Notes under the pieces: model-generated
What the model was told of the DNA's origin: nothing
Seen by the model: only the letters and a program-made list of their open reading frames with translations
The model's database searches: none
In this document: one piece after another, positions 1-10,414 of the stretch
Layout: every line of letters starts with the position of its first letter
How positions within the stretch are numbered: the first letter of the stretch is position 1
DNA from: Candidatus Limnocylindrus sp.
Lineage (GTDB): Bacteria; Chloroflexota; Limnocylindria; Limnocylindrales; Limnocylindraceae
Assembly (NCBI GenBank): GCA_040397175.1
Contig: JBBAWM010000002.1
Location: 32,001 to 96,000, forward strand
Reading direction: 5' to 3'
Length of the DNA stretch: 64,000 bases
Made by a program: the position numbers and the translations under genes

Positions 1-315
1 GTTGTCGGCAAGTTGATTACGAAGGCACGCGCTGGCGGAACCGCCATGGGCGGCAAGACGTTGGCCAAGGCTGCAACGCCGGGCTACACCAAGCCTGGCA
101 CGCGACCAGTCGTCGAAGAGGCAACGATCGTTGTTGAAGCTGCGCCAGAGGCCGCAGTTGAGGCGACCGCTGATGCTGCAGCTCCTGAGGCCGCTCCGGC
201 TGAAGATGCACCTGTCGTTGAAGCTGCACCGGTAGAGGAGGTCGCGGTTGTTGAAGCTGCACCCGTCGCCGAAGAGGCACCAGCAGAGGCGGCACCAGCC
301 GCCGAGGAGGCGTAA
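1..315 (+). CDS. rpsP: 30S ribosomal protein S16, 3' part with long Ala/Glu/Pro-rich tail (5'-truncated by window edge)
   Basis: Frame open from base 1 (VVGKLITKAR resembles the end of the S16 core); position directly before KH-rimM-trmD-rplS is the conserved rpsP slot. Confidence 0.75.
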   Translation, partial: VVGKLITKARAGGTAMGGKTLAKAATPGYTKPGTRPVVEEATIVVEAAPEAAVEATADAAAPEAAPAEDAPVVEAAPVEEVAVVEAAPVAEEAPAEAAPAAEEA

Positions 316-549
316 GTGGCAGCAGCACAGCTTGTTGAGTACGTTGCGAAGTCGCTTGCCGACAACCCAGACGGCGTCAGCGTTGAAGTAGAAGAGGATG
401 GCGACGCCATCATCTTGCGCCTCCTCGTCGACGAAGAGGATATGGGCCGCGTCATCGGTCGAAACGGCAGCATTGCAAAGGCGATGCGCAGCCTGTTGAA
501 GGTTGTCTCAAATCGCACCGGAGAGAACTACGTCCTCGAAATTGGCTGA
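316..549 (+). CDS. khpA: KH-domain RNA-binding protein (KhpA/YlqC)
   Basis: 77 aa, DMGRVIGRNG GxxG motif, rpsP-rimM synteny. Confidence 0.92.
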   Translation: MAAAQLVEYVAKSLADNPDGVSVEVEEDGDAIILRLLVDEEDMGRVIGRNGSIAKAMRSLLKVVSNRTGENYVLEIG

Positions 550-1183
550 TGCAACGACGGACCTGCGCGTTGCGCAAGTTCGCGGCGTTCGCGGTCTTGA
601 CGGTTCACTCCGGCTCGAAGTTCTGACCGATACCCCTGAACAGCGCTTTGTTCCAGGCGCGCGTCTCTCGATTGAGAGCTCAGATCGCCTCCTCACCATT
701 CTTGAAGTGACCCCAAGTTCTCCTGGCCTGTTCGTACGCTTCGGCGAGGTGCAGAGTCGACTCGCAGGCGAACGACTGATTGGCGCATATCTCACGATTC
801 CTGCCGCGCAGGTGCAGATCCCGCCAGACCGTGTGCTCTGGGACGAAGTGATTGGGGTTACGGTGCGCGACCCGCAAGGCGAAATCATCGGTGAGGTTCG
901 TGATCTCTATCGCGCTGGCGGCGCCGAGGTCTATGTTGTACAGACGCCAGATGGGGGAGAGATTGACCTCCCCGCCGTTGCTGCGGTGATCGTGGAGTTT
1001 GCGCCCCGCGAGGGCCGCATCGTCGCGGACCTCACCGGGTCAGAGCTCACCGTTCGCGCGGCAAAGGCCGTTCGGCGGCGTGGGCCGCAGAAGACGCCTG
1101 GCAGCGTCGCCTCGCTGCGTGCCGCAAAGGCATCACGCCGGCCGAAGCAGCGCGCCGCCAAGCCCCCGGCAGGTGATGCATGA
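542..1183 (+). CDS. rimM: Ribosome maturation factor RimM with basic C-terminal extension
   Basis: RGVRGLDG N-domain, PRC-barrel-like IIGEVRDL..GGAEVYVV..LPAV; TTG at 542 overlapping khpA stop preferred over 503. Confidence 0.88.
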   Translation: MADATTDLRVAQVRGVRGLDGSLRLEVLTDTPEQRFVPGARLSIESSDRLLTILEVTPSSPGLFVRFGEVQSRLAGERLIGAYLTIPAAQVQIPPDRVLWDEVIGVTVRDPQGEIIGEVRDLYRAGGAEVYVVQTPDGGEIDLPAVAAVIVEFAPREGRIVADLTGSELTVRAAKAVRRRGPQKTPGSVASLRAAKASRRPKQRAAKPPAGDA

Positions 1184-1890
1184 GCGATGACGTGCGCCCA
1201 ACACTAAAGATCGATGTGATCTCACTCTTCCCTGAAACGATCATGGCGGCGCTCTCTGCGAGCATTCCAGCGCGAGCCCTTGAGCGAGGGTTGGCGACCC
1301 TCACCTGTCATGATCTACGCACCTGGGGGATCGGGAAGCACCGCTCGGTCGACGATGAGCCGTACGGCGGTGGTGCAGGGATGCTTTTGCGGCCAGAGCC
1401 TCTTGTGGAGGCGATTGAAGCGCTGTGCGGGCCAGACTCAACCGTGATCCTCTTCGATGCCGGCGGTGAACGCCTGCGGCAGCCACGGGTTCGTGCGCTG
1501 GCGGCGGCCTCGCACCTGATCATCATCTGCGGGCGTTACGAAGGGGTAGACGACCGCGTTCGAGCCTATGTCGATCTCGAGCTGAGCCTCGGTGATTTCG
1601 TCCTCTCCGGTGGTGAGCCGGCGGCGATCGTCCTCTGTGACGCGATCCTGCGCCTCGTCCCTGGAGCGATTGATGCGGCGTCGCTCTCCGAGGAGTCGTT
1701 CTCCGCAGATCTCCTGGAGTATCCCCAGTTCACCCGCCCCGCCGAATTCCGCGGAGTGGGGGTCCCCGACATCCTCCTCTCAGGGAACCACGCTGGGGTC
1801 GCCGCGTGGCGGCACGAGGAGGCGATTCGTCGCACTCAGCGCCAGCGCCCTGACCTTGCCAAGCCTACGAAGGGGAGCGAGGGGTCGTAA
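1180..1890 (+). CDS. trmD: tRNA (guanine37-N1)-methyltransferase
   Basis: VDDEPYGGGAGM, CGRYEGVDDR, SLGDFVLSGGE, LLEYPQFTRP, LLSGNHA. Confidence 0.97.
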   Translation: MSDDVRPTLKIDVISLFPETIMAALSASIPARALERGLATLTCHDLRTWGIGKHRSVDDEPYGGGAGMLLRPEPLVEAIEALCGPDSTVILFDAGGERLRQPRVRALAAASHLIIICGRYEGVDDRVRAYVDLELSLGDFVLSGGEPAAIVLCDAILRLVPGAIDAASLSEESFSADLLEYPQFTRPAEFRGVGVPDILLSGNHAGVAAWRHEEAIRRTQRQRPDLAKPTKGSEGS

Positions 1891-1911
1891 GGGGAGGCTC
1901 CAGGGGGGCTG

Positions 1912-1920
1912 TGCTATTCT
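1912..1920 (+). promoter_or_regulatory. Extended -10 promoter (TGcTATTCT) for rplS
   Basis: TGnTAnnnT in the trmD-rplS gap; same pattern upstream of rpsB, nusA, rpsO and infC. Confidence 0.6.
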
Positions 1921-1966
1921 CACCGCCCGCGCCGACAGGTTCTGTCGGCCACCACGGAGATGAAAC

Positions 1967-2617
1967 ATGGACCTGATCCGCACGCTGACCAATGCCCAGA
2001 TGAAGAGCGATCTCCCGGAGATCAAGGCCGGCGACACCGTCAAGGTGTCGGCAAAGGTCGTTGAAGGGAACCGAGAGCGCATTCAGGTATTCGAGGGCAC
2101 CGTCATGCGCCTGCGCGGCGGCGGACTCGGGTTGAACATCACCGTTCGACGTATCGCCTCAGGCGTTGGCGTCGAGCGAACCTTCAAGGTGCACAGCCCA
2201 CGCATCGAGAAGATCGAAGTGGTCCGACACGGCGTGTCGAACCGTGCCCAGCTCTACTTCCTTCGTGATCGCGTTGGCAAGCAGTCGTCGCTCCGCGAGC
2301 GCCGCGATAGCGCCACCGACATTGCGAAGAACGAGGTGAAGGCCGCAGCAAAGAAGGCCATTAAGGATGAGGCGGACGCCGTGACTGCCGCTGCCGCTGC
2401 AGTGGTTGCAGCCGAAGCGGCCGCTGTGGCCGCTACCGCCGCCGCAGCCGTCGCCGCCGAAGAGGCCGCCGCCGCTGCAACTGCAGCCGAGGTCGTTGCA
2501 GAAGCCCCTGTCGCTGAAGCCGCAATCGCTGAGGCGCCGGCCGCCGAAGTTGCGACCGAAGAGAGCGCACCCGCTGAGGCGCCAGTCGCTGAGGAGACGG
2601 AGAAGGCTCCGGAGTGA
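1967..2617 (+). CDS. rplS: 50S ribosomal protein L19 with ~100-aa Ala/Glu-rich tail
   Basis: GDTVKV..EGNRERIQVFEG, VRRIASGVGVERTF, AQLYFLR. Confidence 0.97.
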   Translation: MDLIRTLTNAQMKSDLPEIKAGDTVKVSAKVVEGNRERIQVFEGTVMRLRGGGLGLNITVRRIASGVGVERTFKVHSPRIEKIEVVRHGVSNRAQLYFLRDRVGKQSSLRERRDSATDIAKNEVKAAAKKAIKDEADAVTAAAAAVVAAEAAAVAATAAAAVAAEEAAAAATAAEVVAEAPVAEAAIAEAPAAEVATEESAPAEAPVAEETEKAPE

Positions 2618-3285
2618 GCAACCTGCGGCCCACGAGTGGCCGCACACTGCCAACTCGCGAACTTGAGCTACGCCACGGTCATCCTGAGCGCGCCGTCATC
2701 GGCATCGATGAAGTAGGTCTCGCCCCACTCGCTGGCCCGGTCGTCGCCTGCGCGATCTTGATGCCTGGAGGAGATCCAATCCCCGGCGTTCGCGATTCGA
2801 AGATGCTGACGCCCGCACGTCGCGTGGTGCTTGCCGAGCAGATTCGAAACGTGGCGGTCGCGATCGGCATCGGCGCAGCCTCCGCGCGAGAGGTGGAGCG
2901 CATTAATCCCCGCGCGGCGTCGCATCGCGCAATGGCGCGCGCCGTTGCGCAGCTCACGCGTAGAAGGGGAGAGGCGCCAGATTTCGCTCTCGTTGATGGG
3001 AGCAGTGCACGGGACCTTCGGGATCTGATCGGACCACACGCAACGGTCGTTCGCGGCGATCAGTCGGTCTACGTAATCGCCTGCGCCTCGATCGTCGCGA
3101 AGGTGCTTCGCGATACGCTCATGGCTGACTTGTCGCTGCGCTACCCCGGATACGGCTGGGAATCCAATGTGGGATATCCAGCCCCCGCACACCTTGCCGC
3201 CCTTGATGCACTCGGCGTGACCCCGCACCATCGCCGCACCTATGCCCCAGTTGCCGCGCGCATCGGCCTCCTGCCACGCAGCTAA
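2614..3285 (+). CDS. rnhB: Ribonuclease HII
   Basis: GIDEVG..PLAGPV, DSK, LVDG, IACASIVAKVLRD, GVTPHHRRTY; rplS-rnhB-yraN synteny. Confidence 0.93.
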   Translation: MSNLRPTSGRTLPTRELELRHGHPERAVIGIDEVGLAPLAGPVVACAILMPGGDPIPGVRDSKMLTPARRVVLAEQIRNVAVAIGIGAASAREVERINPRAASHRAMARAVAQLTRRRGEAPDFALVDGSSARDLRDLIGPHATVVRGDQSVYVIACASIVAKVLRDTLMADLSLRYPGYGWESNVGYPAPAHLAALDALGVTPHHRRTYAPVAARIGLLPRS

Positions 3286-3330
3286 GCCTGGGAAACGTCG
3301 CCGGTACGGCGCCGCTGTGAGCATGCGCTG

Positions 3331-3678
3331 GTGGCAAATAGTCAGGCACTGCGTGCAATCATCGGTCGTGAGGCGGAAGCGCTGGCGGCGCGCTCCCTGG
3401 CTCACAGCGGCTGGGTGATTCTTGCTCAAAACCTGCGGCTGGGACGACTTGAGGTGGACCTGCTCGCACGGGACGCGTGTGGCTCCCTGGTTGCCGTTGA
3501 GGTGCGTCGTCGTAGGTCCGTCGGCGCCGCCTCGCCGTCAGAGCTCTTGGGGGCACGTAAACTGCGGGCACTGCGGCGGCAGCGCGCGCACCTCCCCGAC
3601 GGGTGCCGCATCGACCTGCTCCTCGTGCTCGGCAGCCCCAGGCACGAGCGCCTACGCCTCGTTCGTGGGATTGCCTAG
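3331..3678 (+). CDS. YraN family (UPF0102) protein, divergent
   Basis: GREAE..A..L...GW.ILAQN.R.G..EVDL..VAVEVR; follows rnhB. Confidence 0.8.
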   Translation: MANSQALRAIIGREAEALAARSLAHSGWVILAQNLRLGRLEVDLLARDACGSLVAVEVRRRRSVGAASPSELLGARKLRALRRQRAHLPDGCRIDLLLVLGSPRHERLRLVRGIA

Positions 3679-3693
3679 GGCCGCGGCGCCTCG

Positions 3694-3834
3694 TGCTAGG
3701 ATTCCCAAGCGTTCGGATCGGACGTCCGCCCCCGCAAGGGGTCGAAATACGCACGCGGAATACGACGCCTCACTACGGTGGCCCTTCGGGGTCGTGACGG
3801 CGCCCCGCGGTGGAATAACCGTGTAAGGAGAACT
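3694..3834 (+). promoter_or_regulatory. Extended -10 (TGcTAGGAT) plus structured rpsB leader (S2/t44-like autoregulatory RNA)
   Basis: CCCC-GCAA-GGGG hairpin, GCCC-TTCG-GGGT hairpin, CGCGG...CCGCG stem followed by GTGGAATAACC and SD AAGGAG. Confidence 0.7.
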
Positions 3835-4704
3835 ATGGCACCAGTAACCATGCGCGACCTTCTCGAGGTCGGAGCCCACTTCGGGCACCAGACACGCCGA
3901 TGGAATCCCAAGATGGCGCCGTTTATCTACGCGCAGCGCAACGGGATCCACATCCTTGACCTCGCCAAGAGCGCGAAGCACCTGCAGATTGCCCTCGACG
4001 CAGTACGTGACGCGAGCGCAAACGGTGAGACGATTCTCTTCGTCGGCACCAAGAAGCAGGCGCAGGCGCCAATTCAGGAAGAGGCGACCCGCGCCGGTCA
4101 GCCCTACGTGATCAAGCGCTGGCTCGGCGGCATGCTCACCAACTTCACGACGATTCGCAAGCGCCTCACCCTCATGGAGCAGCTTGAGGCACGAGAGCAG
4201 GCTGGCGAGTTCGACATCATGTCGAAGAAGGAGGCGTCCAAGCTTGGCGACAAGCTAGAGAAGCTTCGCGGAGCGCTCGGCGGCATGCGCCGTCTGCGCA
4301 AGGCCCCAGGGATGGTCTTCATCATTGACCCGAGCCGCGAAACCCTCGCTGCGATTGAAGCGAACAAGCTCGGGATCCCTGTTGTCGGCACCGCCGACAC
4401 CAACGTTAACCCTGATCTACTCACCTATCCGATCCCAGTGAACGACGACGCGATCAAGTGCATTCGCTTGATCTGCACCGCCGTCGCTGATGCGGTGATC
4501 GAAGGCGCTGCGATCCGCGCCGCACGTTTGCCTGAGCTTGAGGCGCAAGAGGCCGCAGCAGCTGCCGCAGAAAACGCCGCAGATGCACCTGAGGCATCCG
4601 ATGTCCAGGACGATCTCGTTGCTGCGCTGAGTGCCACCGGCACGCTGAGCTTCTCGCCTGACGAGGAGCCGGTCCCCGCCGTCGACATCACCCCAGCAGT
4701 GTAA
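3835..4704 (+). CDS. rpsB: 30S ribosomal protein S2
   Basis: GAHFGHQTRRWNPKM, RWLGGMLTNF, PVNDDA; ATG at 3835 after AAGGAG. Confidence 0.98.
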   Translation: MAPVTMRDLLEVGAHFGHQTRRWNPKMAPFIYAQRNGIHILDLAKSAKHLQIALDAVRDASANGETILFVGTKKQAQAPIQEEATRAGQPYVIKRWLGGMLTNFTTIRKRLTLMEQLEAREQAGEFDIMSKKEASKLGDKLEKLRGALGGMRRLRKAPGMVFIIDPSRETLAAIEANKLGIPVVGTADTNVNPDLLTYPIPVNDDAIKCIRLICTAVADAVIEGAAIRAARLPELEAQEAAAAAAENAADAPEASDVQDDLVAALSATGTLSFSPDEEPVPAVDITPAV

Positions 4705-4714
4705 GGAGGCCACC

Positions 4715-5311
4715 ATGGCGATTAGCGCAGAGGCGGTACGAGACCTACGCGAGCGCACCGGCGCTGGAATGATGGATTGCAAGCGCGCACTCGAAGAGTG
4801 CGGTGGTGACGTGGAGAAAGCCGTCCTCGCACTTCGGGAGGCTGGCCTTGCCGCAGCGGCGAAGAAGGCTGGTCGCGATGCACGCGAAGGACTCGTCTCT
4901 TCCTACATCCATACGGGCGGCCGCGTCGGAGTTCTCCTTGAGGTGAACTGCGAGACTGACTTCGTGGCGCGCAATGAGCAGTTCCAGAAGTTGGTGAAAG
5001 ACATCGCCATGCAGATTGCGGGGTTGCACCCGCTCTACGTCAGCCAGGACCAGATCCCTGCCGCTGCGCTCGAAGCGAAGCGCGCCGCACTCCTTGAGGA
5101 CGAGGCACTCGCCAAGAAGCCAGAAGCGATTCGAGCCCAGATCGTTGAGGGACAGCTGCGCAAGTGGTTTGAAGAGGTCTGCCTTCTCGATCAACCATTC
5201 CGCGACGGCGACGAGAACGTTGGTCAGCTGATCACAAACGCAATTGCCACGATCGGCGAGAACATCCGAGTGCGCCGCTTCGTGCGCTACGCCCTCGGCG
5301 AGGAGCTGTAG
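4715..5311 (+). CDS. tsf: Elongation factor Ts (short type)
   Basis: LRERTGAGMMDCKRAL, EVNCETDFVA, IGENIRVRRF. Confidence 0.98.
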   Translation: MAISAEAVRDLRERTGAGMMDCKRALEECGGDVEKAVLALREAGLAAAAKKAGRDAREGLVSSYIHTGGRVGVLLEVNCETDFVARNEQFQKLVKDIAMQIAGLHPLYVSQDQIPAAALEAKRAALLEDEALAKKPEAIRAQIVEGQLRKWFEEVCLLDQPFRDGDENVGQLITNAIATIGENIRVRRFVRYALGEEL

Positions 5312-6614
<1,303 letters not shown>

Positions 6615-6618
<4 letters not shown>

Positions 6619-7364
6619 CCGACGCCGATATTCGGCGACCTGCTGACGCGCAGCCGCTCGTGCATAGCACCCCACCGCCTGAAGGCGCGCCGAGCCATGT
6701 CGCGATCATCATGGACGGCAATCGACGCTGGGCGCGTAGCAAGAGCCTCGACGAGATTGAAGGGCACGTCGCCGGCACCGAGGCGCTGCGAACCGTCCTC
6801 AGGCACGCTGTGCAGATCGGCATTCCGCACCTCACTGTCTACGCCTTCAGCCGCGAGAACTGGGCCCGCAGCGACAAAGAGGTAGCGCAGCTCTTCAATC
6901 TCTTGGCGAAGGTGATCGACGATGAAACACCTGAGCTGCTTGCGCAGGGTGTGGCCGTCCGTTTTCTCGGCCGCCTCTCGGAGCTGCCGGCTGCGGCCCA
7001 GGAGCGCATTGCCTCAGCATGCGCGAGGACGGCAGGCGGCACACGGCTCGAACTTGGGGTTGCGTTCAATTACGGAAGTCGTACCGAAATCGTGGATGCC
7101 GTACGGTCCATCGTGGCTGCAGGGATTACGCCTGATGATATTGATGAGGGCACGATCGGCAACGCCCTCTATACGGCCGGCATGCCTGACCCTGATCTTG
7201 TGATTCGCACGGGCGGCGAGGAACGTCTCTCGAACTTTCTGTTGTGGCAGAGCGCGTATGCCGAGATCGTGACGACGTCCACCCTTTGGCCTGACTTTGG
7301 TGCGGCGGATCTTGATGCGGCGATCTCAACCTACGCGCAGCGCATTCGACGGTTCGGGCGATGA
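6615..7364 (+). CDS. uppS: Undecaprenyl/isoprenyl diphosphate synthase
   Basis: HVAIIMDGNRRWA, FSRENWAR, DLVIRTGGEERLSNFLLWQ. Confidence 0.97.
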
Positions 7365-8203
7365 GTAGCGGGGCGCTAACCCAGAGAGCGATCGGTTCGC
7401 TCTTGATCCTTCCAGTAGCCGCTGTGGCGCTCTTCCCTCCAGTCGGCACACTTGCGGTGACGGTTCTCTTGATCGCCCTCGCGGCACGAGAGGCTGCGAA
7501 GATCCTCACCAAGGTGCTTGGCGGCGCCTCCGCGCTCTGGATCACGATCATCTTGGTCAGCCCGCTCTTCGCCGCCATCTCTCCCGCTTTCGGTGCCGCA
7601 CTGACGATCGCAACACTGCTGCTCTTTGTAGGCACGGTGGTTCGTCAAGCGATTCGCGCCACAGCGAAGGGTCTGGAGCCTCAGCTACGTCTGCTTCTTG
7701 GAACGATGGCTGCCGTGATCTGGTTGAGCCCACTCACGCTGCTCCCGCTGCTCGCTTCGCTCGATCCGCTTGATCGAGGGGCGCCGGCGAGTTGGATCGT
7801 GTGGCTATTGGCGATCGTCTGGACGGCAGATAGTGCCGCATACCTTGTTGGACGCACGATCGGTCGACGCAAGTTGGCCCCAGTGCTCTCGCCGCGCAAG
7901 AGTCTTGAAGGATTCGTTGGCGGCATTCTCGTTGCGGGCCTGGTTGGTGCGCTGATCGCTGGCCCACTCTTTACGCTCGGTAAAAACGAATCAGAGTTCT
8001 TCCTCTGGGGGCTGGCCTGGGGTTTGATCATCGCCACTGCAGCGGAGGCAGGTGACCTCCTTGAGTCACTCTTCAAACGTGTTGCAGGTGCCGAGAGTGC
8101 ATCAAACCTGATCCCCGGCCATGGCGGCGTGCTCGATCGCATCGATAGCCTGCTGCTTGCGGCGCCAGTGACGCTCATCGCTGCGCTGCTACTGCGAGGC
8201 TAG
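7361..8203 (+). CDS. cdsA: Phosphatidate cytidylyltransferase
   Basis: Multi-TM; SPRKSLEG, GDLLESLFKR, IPGHGGVLDRIDS. Confidence 0.95.
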   Translation: MSSGALTQRAIGSLLILPVAAVALFPPVGTLAVTVLLIALAAREAAKILTKVLGGASALWITIILVSPLFAAISPAFGAALTIATLLLFVGTVVRQAIRATAKGLEPQLRLLLGTMAAVIWLSPLTLLPLLASLDPLDRGAPASWIVWLLAIVWTADSAAYLVGRTIGRRKLAPVLSPRKSLEGFVGGILVAGLVGALIAGPLFTLGKNESEFFLWGLAWGLIIATAAEAGDLLESLFKRVAGAESASNLIPGHGGVLDRIDSLLLAAPVTLIAALLLRG

Positions 8204-8204
8204 G

Positions 8205-9332
8205 GTGAGCCGTATCCGCGTCGCCCTGCTTGGTGCGAGCGGTTCAATCGGCCTGCAGGCTGCCGAGGTTATTGCGCAGCACCCCGCGGAGTTTAAACTC
8301 GTTGCCCTTGCCTCAGGTCGCGGTGGTGAGCAGTATGACGCTCTCGCTTCGGCTAATCCGCAGTCGCGCAGCCTCGTTGGTGGCAGCGCTGACGACCTTC
8401 GTTCGCTCGTTCTTGATGCCGCGCCTGACGTTGCGCTGATTGCCACCACTGGTGTTGTCGGCCTTGCCGCAACCGTCGCGGCCCTTGAGGCGGGTGTGGC
8501 GGTGGCGATCGCGAATAAAGAGACGATCGTTTCCGGAGGTGACGTAGTGATGCGCGCCGCTCGAGCAGCCGCAGAGCGCAAGGGGAGCGACGTCCTGGAG
8601 CGTCTTCGCCCGGTCGACTCAGAACACTCGGCGCTCTGGCAAAGCCTTGTTGGTGAATCGCCTGATCGCGTACGATCACTTTGGCTGACGGCGAGTGGCG
8701 GACCGTTCCGTGAGTCGACCGCCGCTGAGATCGCCGCCGCAACTCCCGCGACGGCCCTCAAGCACCCAACCTGGAGCATGGGAGCGAAAATCACGATTGA
8801 TTCAGCGACGCTGGTGAATAAGGGCCTCGAGGCGATCGAGGCACACCGACTCTTCTCGGTGCCCATGGCACAAATCAGGATCGTGGTGCACCCGCAGAGC
8901 GTTGTGCACGGTTTCGTGGAATTCGTTGACGGTTCAACGAAGGCGCAGATGGGTAGTCCCGACATGCGCGGGCCGATCGGTTATGCCCTCGGCTATCCTG
9001 TGCGTATGGCTTCAACCTTTCAGAACGTCGATCTCGTGGCTCACGGGGCGCTCACCTTCACCGCACCTGATCTTGTCCGCTTTCCCGGCCTGGCGATCGC
9101 TTTGGAGGCTGGCCGGGCAGGGGGTGCCGCCCCAGGTGCACTCATCGCAGCCGATGGCGTGGCCGTGACCCGCTTCCTCGCTGGGGAGTTCCTGCTGGGC
9201 GGCATCCCTCGGCTTCTCGGTGATGCGGTGGAGCAATTTGGTGTTCGTCCTGCCCCAACGAGTGTCGATGAGGTGATTGACCTCCATAACGAGGTAACAA
9301 CGTTCGCAGAGCAATGGAGTGGGGCCGCCTGA
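8205..9332 (+). CDS. dxr: 1-deoxy-D-xylulose-5-phosphate reductoisomerase
   Basis: LGASGSIG, ANKET, PVDSEHSA, LTASGGPF, HPTWSMGAKITIDSAT. Confidence 0.97.
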   Translation: MSRIRVALLGASGSIGLQAAEVIAQHPAEFKLVALASGRGGEQYDALASANPQSRSLVGGSADDLRSLVLDAAPDVALIATTGVVGLAATVAALEAGVAVAIANKETIVSGGDVVMRAARAAAERKGSDVLERLRPVDSEHSALWQSLVGESPDRVRSLWLTASGGPFRESTAAEIAAATPATALKHPTWSMGAKITIDSATLVNKGLEAIEAHRLFSVPMAQIRIVVHPQSVVHGFVEFVDGSTKAQMGSPDMRGPIGYALGYPVRMASTFQNVDLVAHGALTFTAPDLVRFPGLAIALEAGRAGGAAPGALIAADGVAVTRFLAGEFLLGGIPRLLGDAVEQFGVRPAPTSVDEVIDLHNEVTTFAEQWSGAA

Positions 9333-10414
9333 TGGAGATCCTCGGCGGCATTGCCGCACCGGTGCTCGTCTTCGTCCTTCTCGTCGTGCCACTGATCGTG
9401 GTGCACGAACTTGGCCATCTTGTTGCGGCACGACTTCGTGGCATTGACGTGCCCGAATTCGGAATTGGGTTTCCACCACGCCTCTTCACGCTGCTCCGAG
9501 GGCGGCGTACAGAGCTCACCATCAACGCCCTTCCGATCGGCGGATTCGTGCGCATGGCGGGGAGCGAAGAGGGAGATACCGATCCCGCCGGCTGGGAGCG
9601 TGCAACGCTCACCTCCAAGGTGCTGGTCATGGTTGCGGGGGTTGCCATGAACATCGTGGTCGCTTTCTTACTGATGCTCCTCCTCTCTGGTCCGCTCGCT
9701 GAACGTTCCAGCATCCTTCTCGAGGATGTACAGCCGGGCTCTCCAGCCGCCGCTGCTGGCCTGCTGCCTGGTGATCGCATCGTGGGCCTCGAGGGGGAAA
9801 CCTTCGATCGCTTTGACTCACCGCTGCAGAGCCTTCCTGGTCGCGCAGGAGAGACCGTCCAAGTGACGGTGGAGACTCCAGGCCAAGCGAAGCGATTCGT
9901 TTCCATCACGCTGCGCACTGCAGAAGCGGCAGCCGGGCAGGGGTTCATGGGTGTGAAGATTGCCTCTATTGACGGCGCCGGTCCACTCTCACGACCGATC
10001 GGCGACGCACTGGTACTTGCCGCTACGCGCACCTGGGATGCCGGGACCTCAATTCTCGGGGCGCTGGGTACCTTCATTACGTCGCCGTTCCGCCCATCAG
10101 ATGGCACCGGCGGAGTTGCGGGGCCGATCGGTATTGCCGTTGGTGTTTCTGCAGCTGCCGGCCAGCTCGGCTTTGTTGGCCTCTTGCATATCGCGGCGCT
10201 GCTCTCAGCAAATCTTGCAGTACTGAACCTGCTGCCGATCCCGCCGCTCGACGGTGGCCGTGTCGCCGCACTCTTCCTCCGACGCCTACTTGGAGAGGTG
10301 CGTGGTCGCCGTGTTGAACGACAGCTTGTGACTGCTGGTGCCGTGCTCATGCTCGCACTCTTCGCCTGGATTTCGCTTGGTGACATCCTGAATCTCTTCG
10401 GGGTGAAGCGATGA
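9332..10414 (+). CDS. rseP: RIP metalloprotease RseP (M50, PDZ)
   Basis: [16 protein letters not shown] ([13 protein letters not shown]), [11 protein letters not shown]; ATG overlaps dxr TGA. Confidence 0.93.
   Translation: MEILGGIAAPVLVFVLLVVPLIVVHELGHLVAARLRGIDVPEFGIGFPPRLFTLLRGRRTELTINALPIGGFVRMAGSEEGDTDPAGWERATLTSKVLVMVAGVAMNIVVAFLLMLLLSGPLAERSSILLEDVQPGSPAAAAGLLPGDRIVGLEGETFDRFDSPLQSLPGRAGETVQVTVETPGQAKRFVSITLRTAEAAAGQGFMGVKIASIDGAGPLSRPIGDALVLAATRTWDAGTSILGALGTFITSPFRPSDGTGGVAGPIGIAVGVSAAAGQLGFVGLLHIAALLSANLAVLNLLPIPPLDGGRVAALFLRRLLGEVRGRRVERQLVTAGAVLMLALFAWISLGDILNLFGVKR

Noticed and set aside
130-300. Short direct repeats as a CRISPR or DNA repeat array
   Set aside because: In-frame VEAAP coding repeats in the S16 tail; irregular spacing and no cas genes.
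3331-3678. yraN as a pseudogene (EVR instead of EVK, shortened middle)
   Set aside because: Reading frame is intact, length is normal and a plausible promoter exists; divergence alone is insufficient.
9142-10386. 414-aa antisense ORF over rseP, and similar ones over infB, pnp, nusA and mutS2
   Set aside because: Low-complexity Ser/Pro/Arg/Ala translations opposite well-supported genes.
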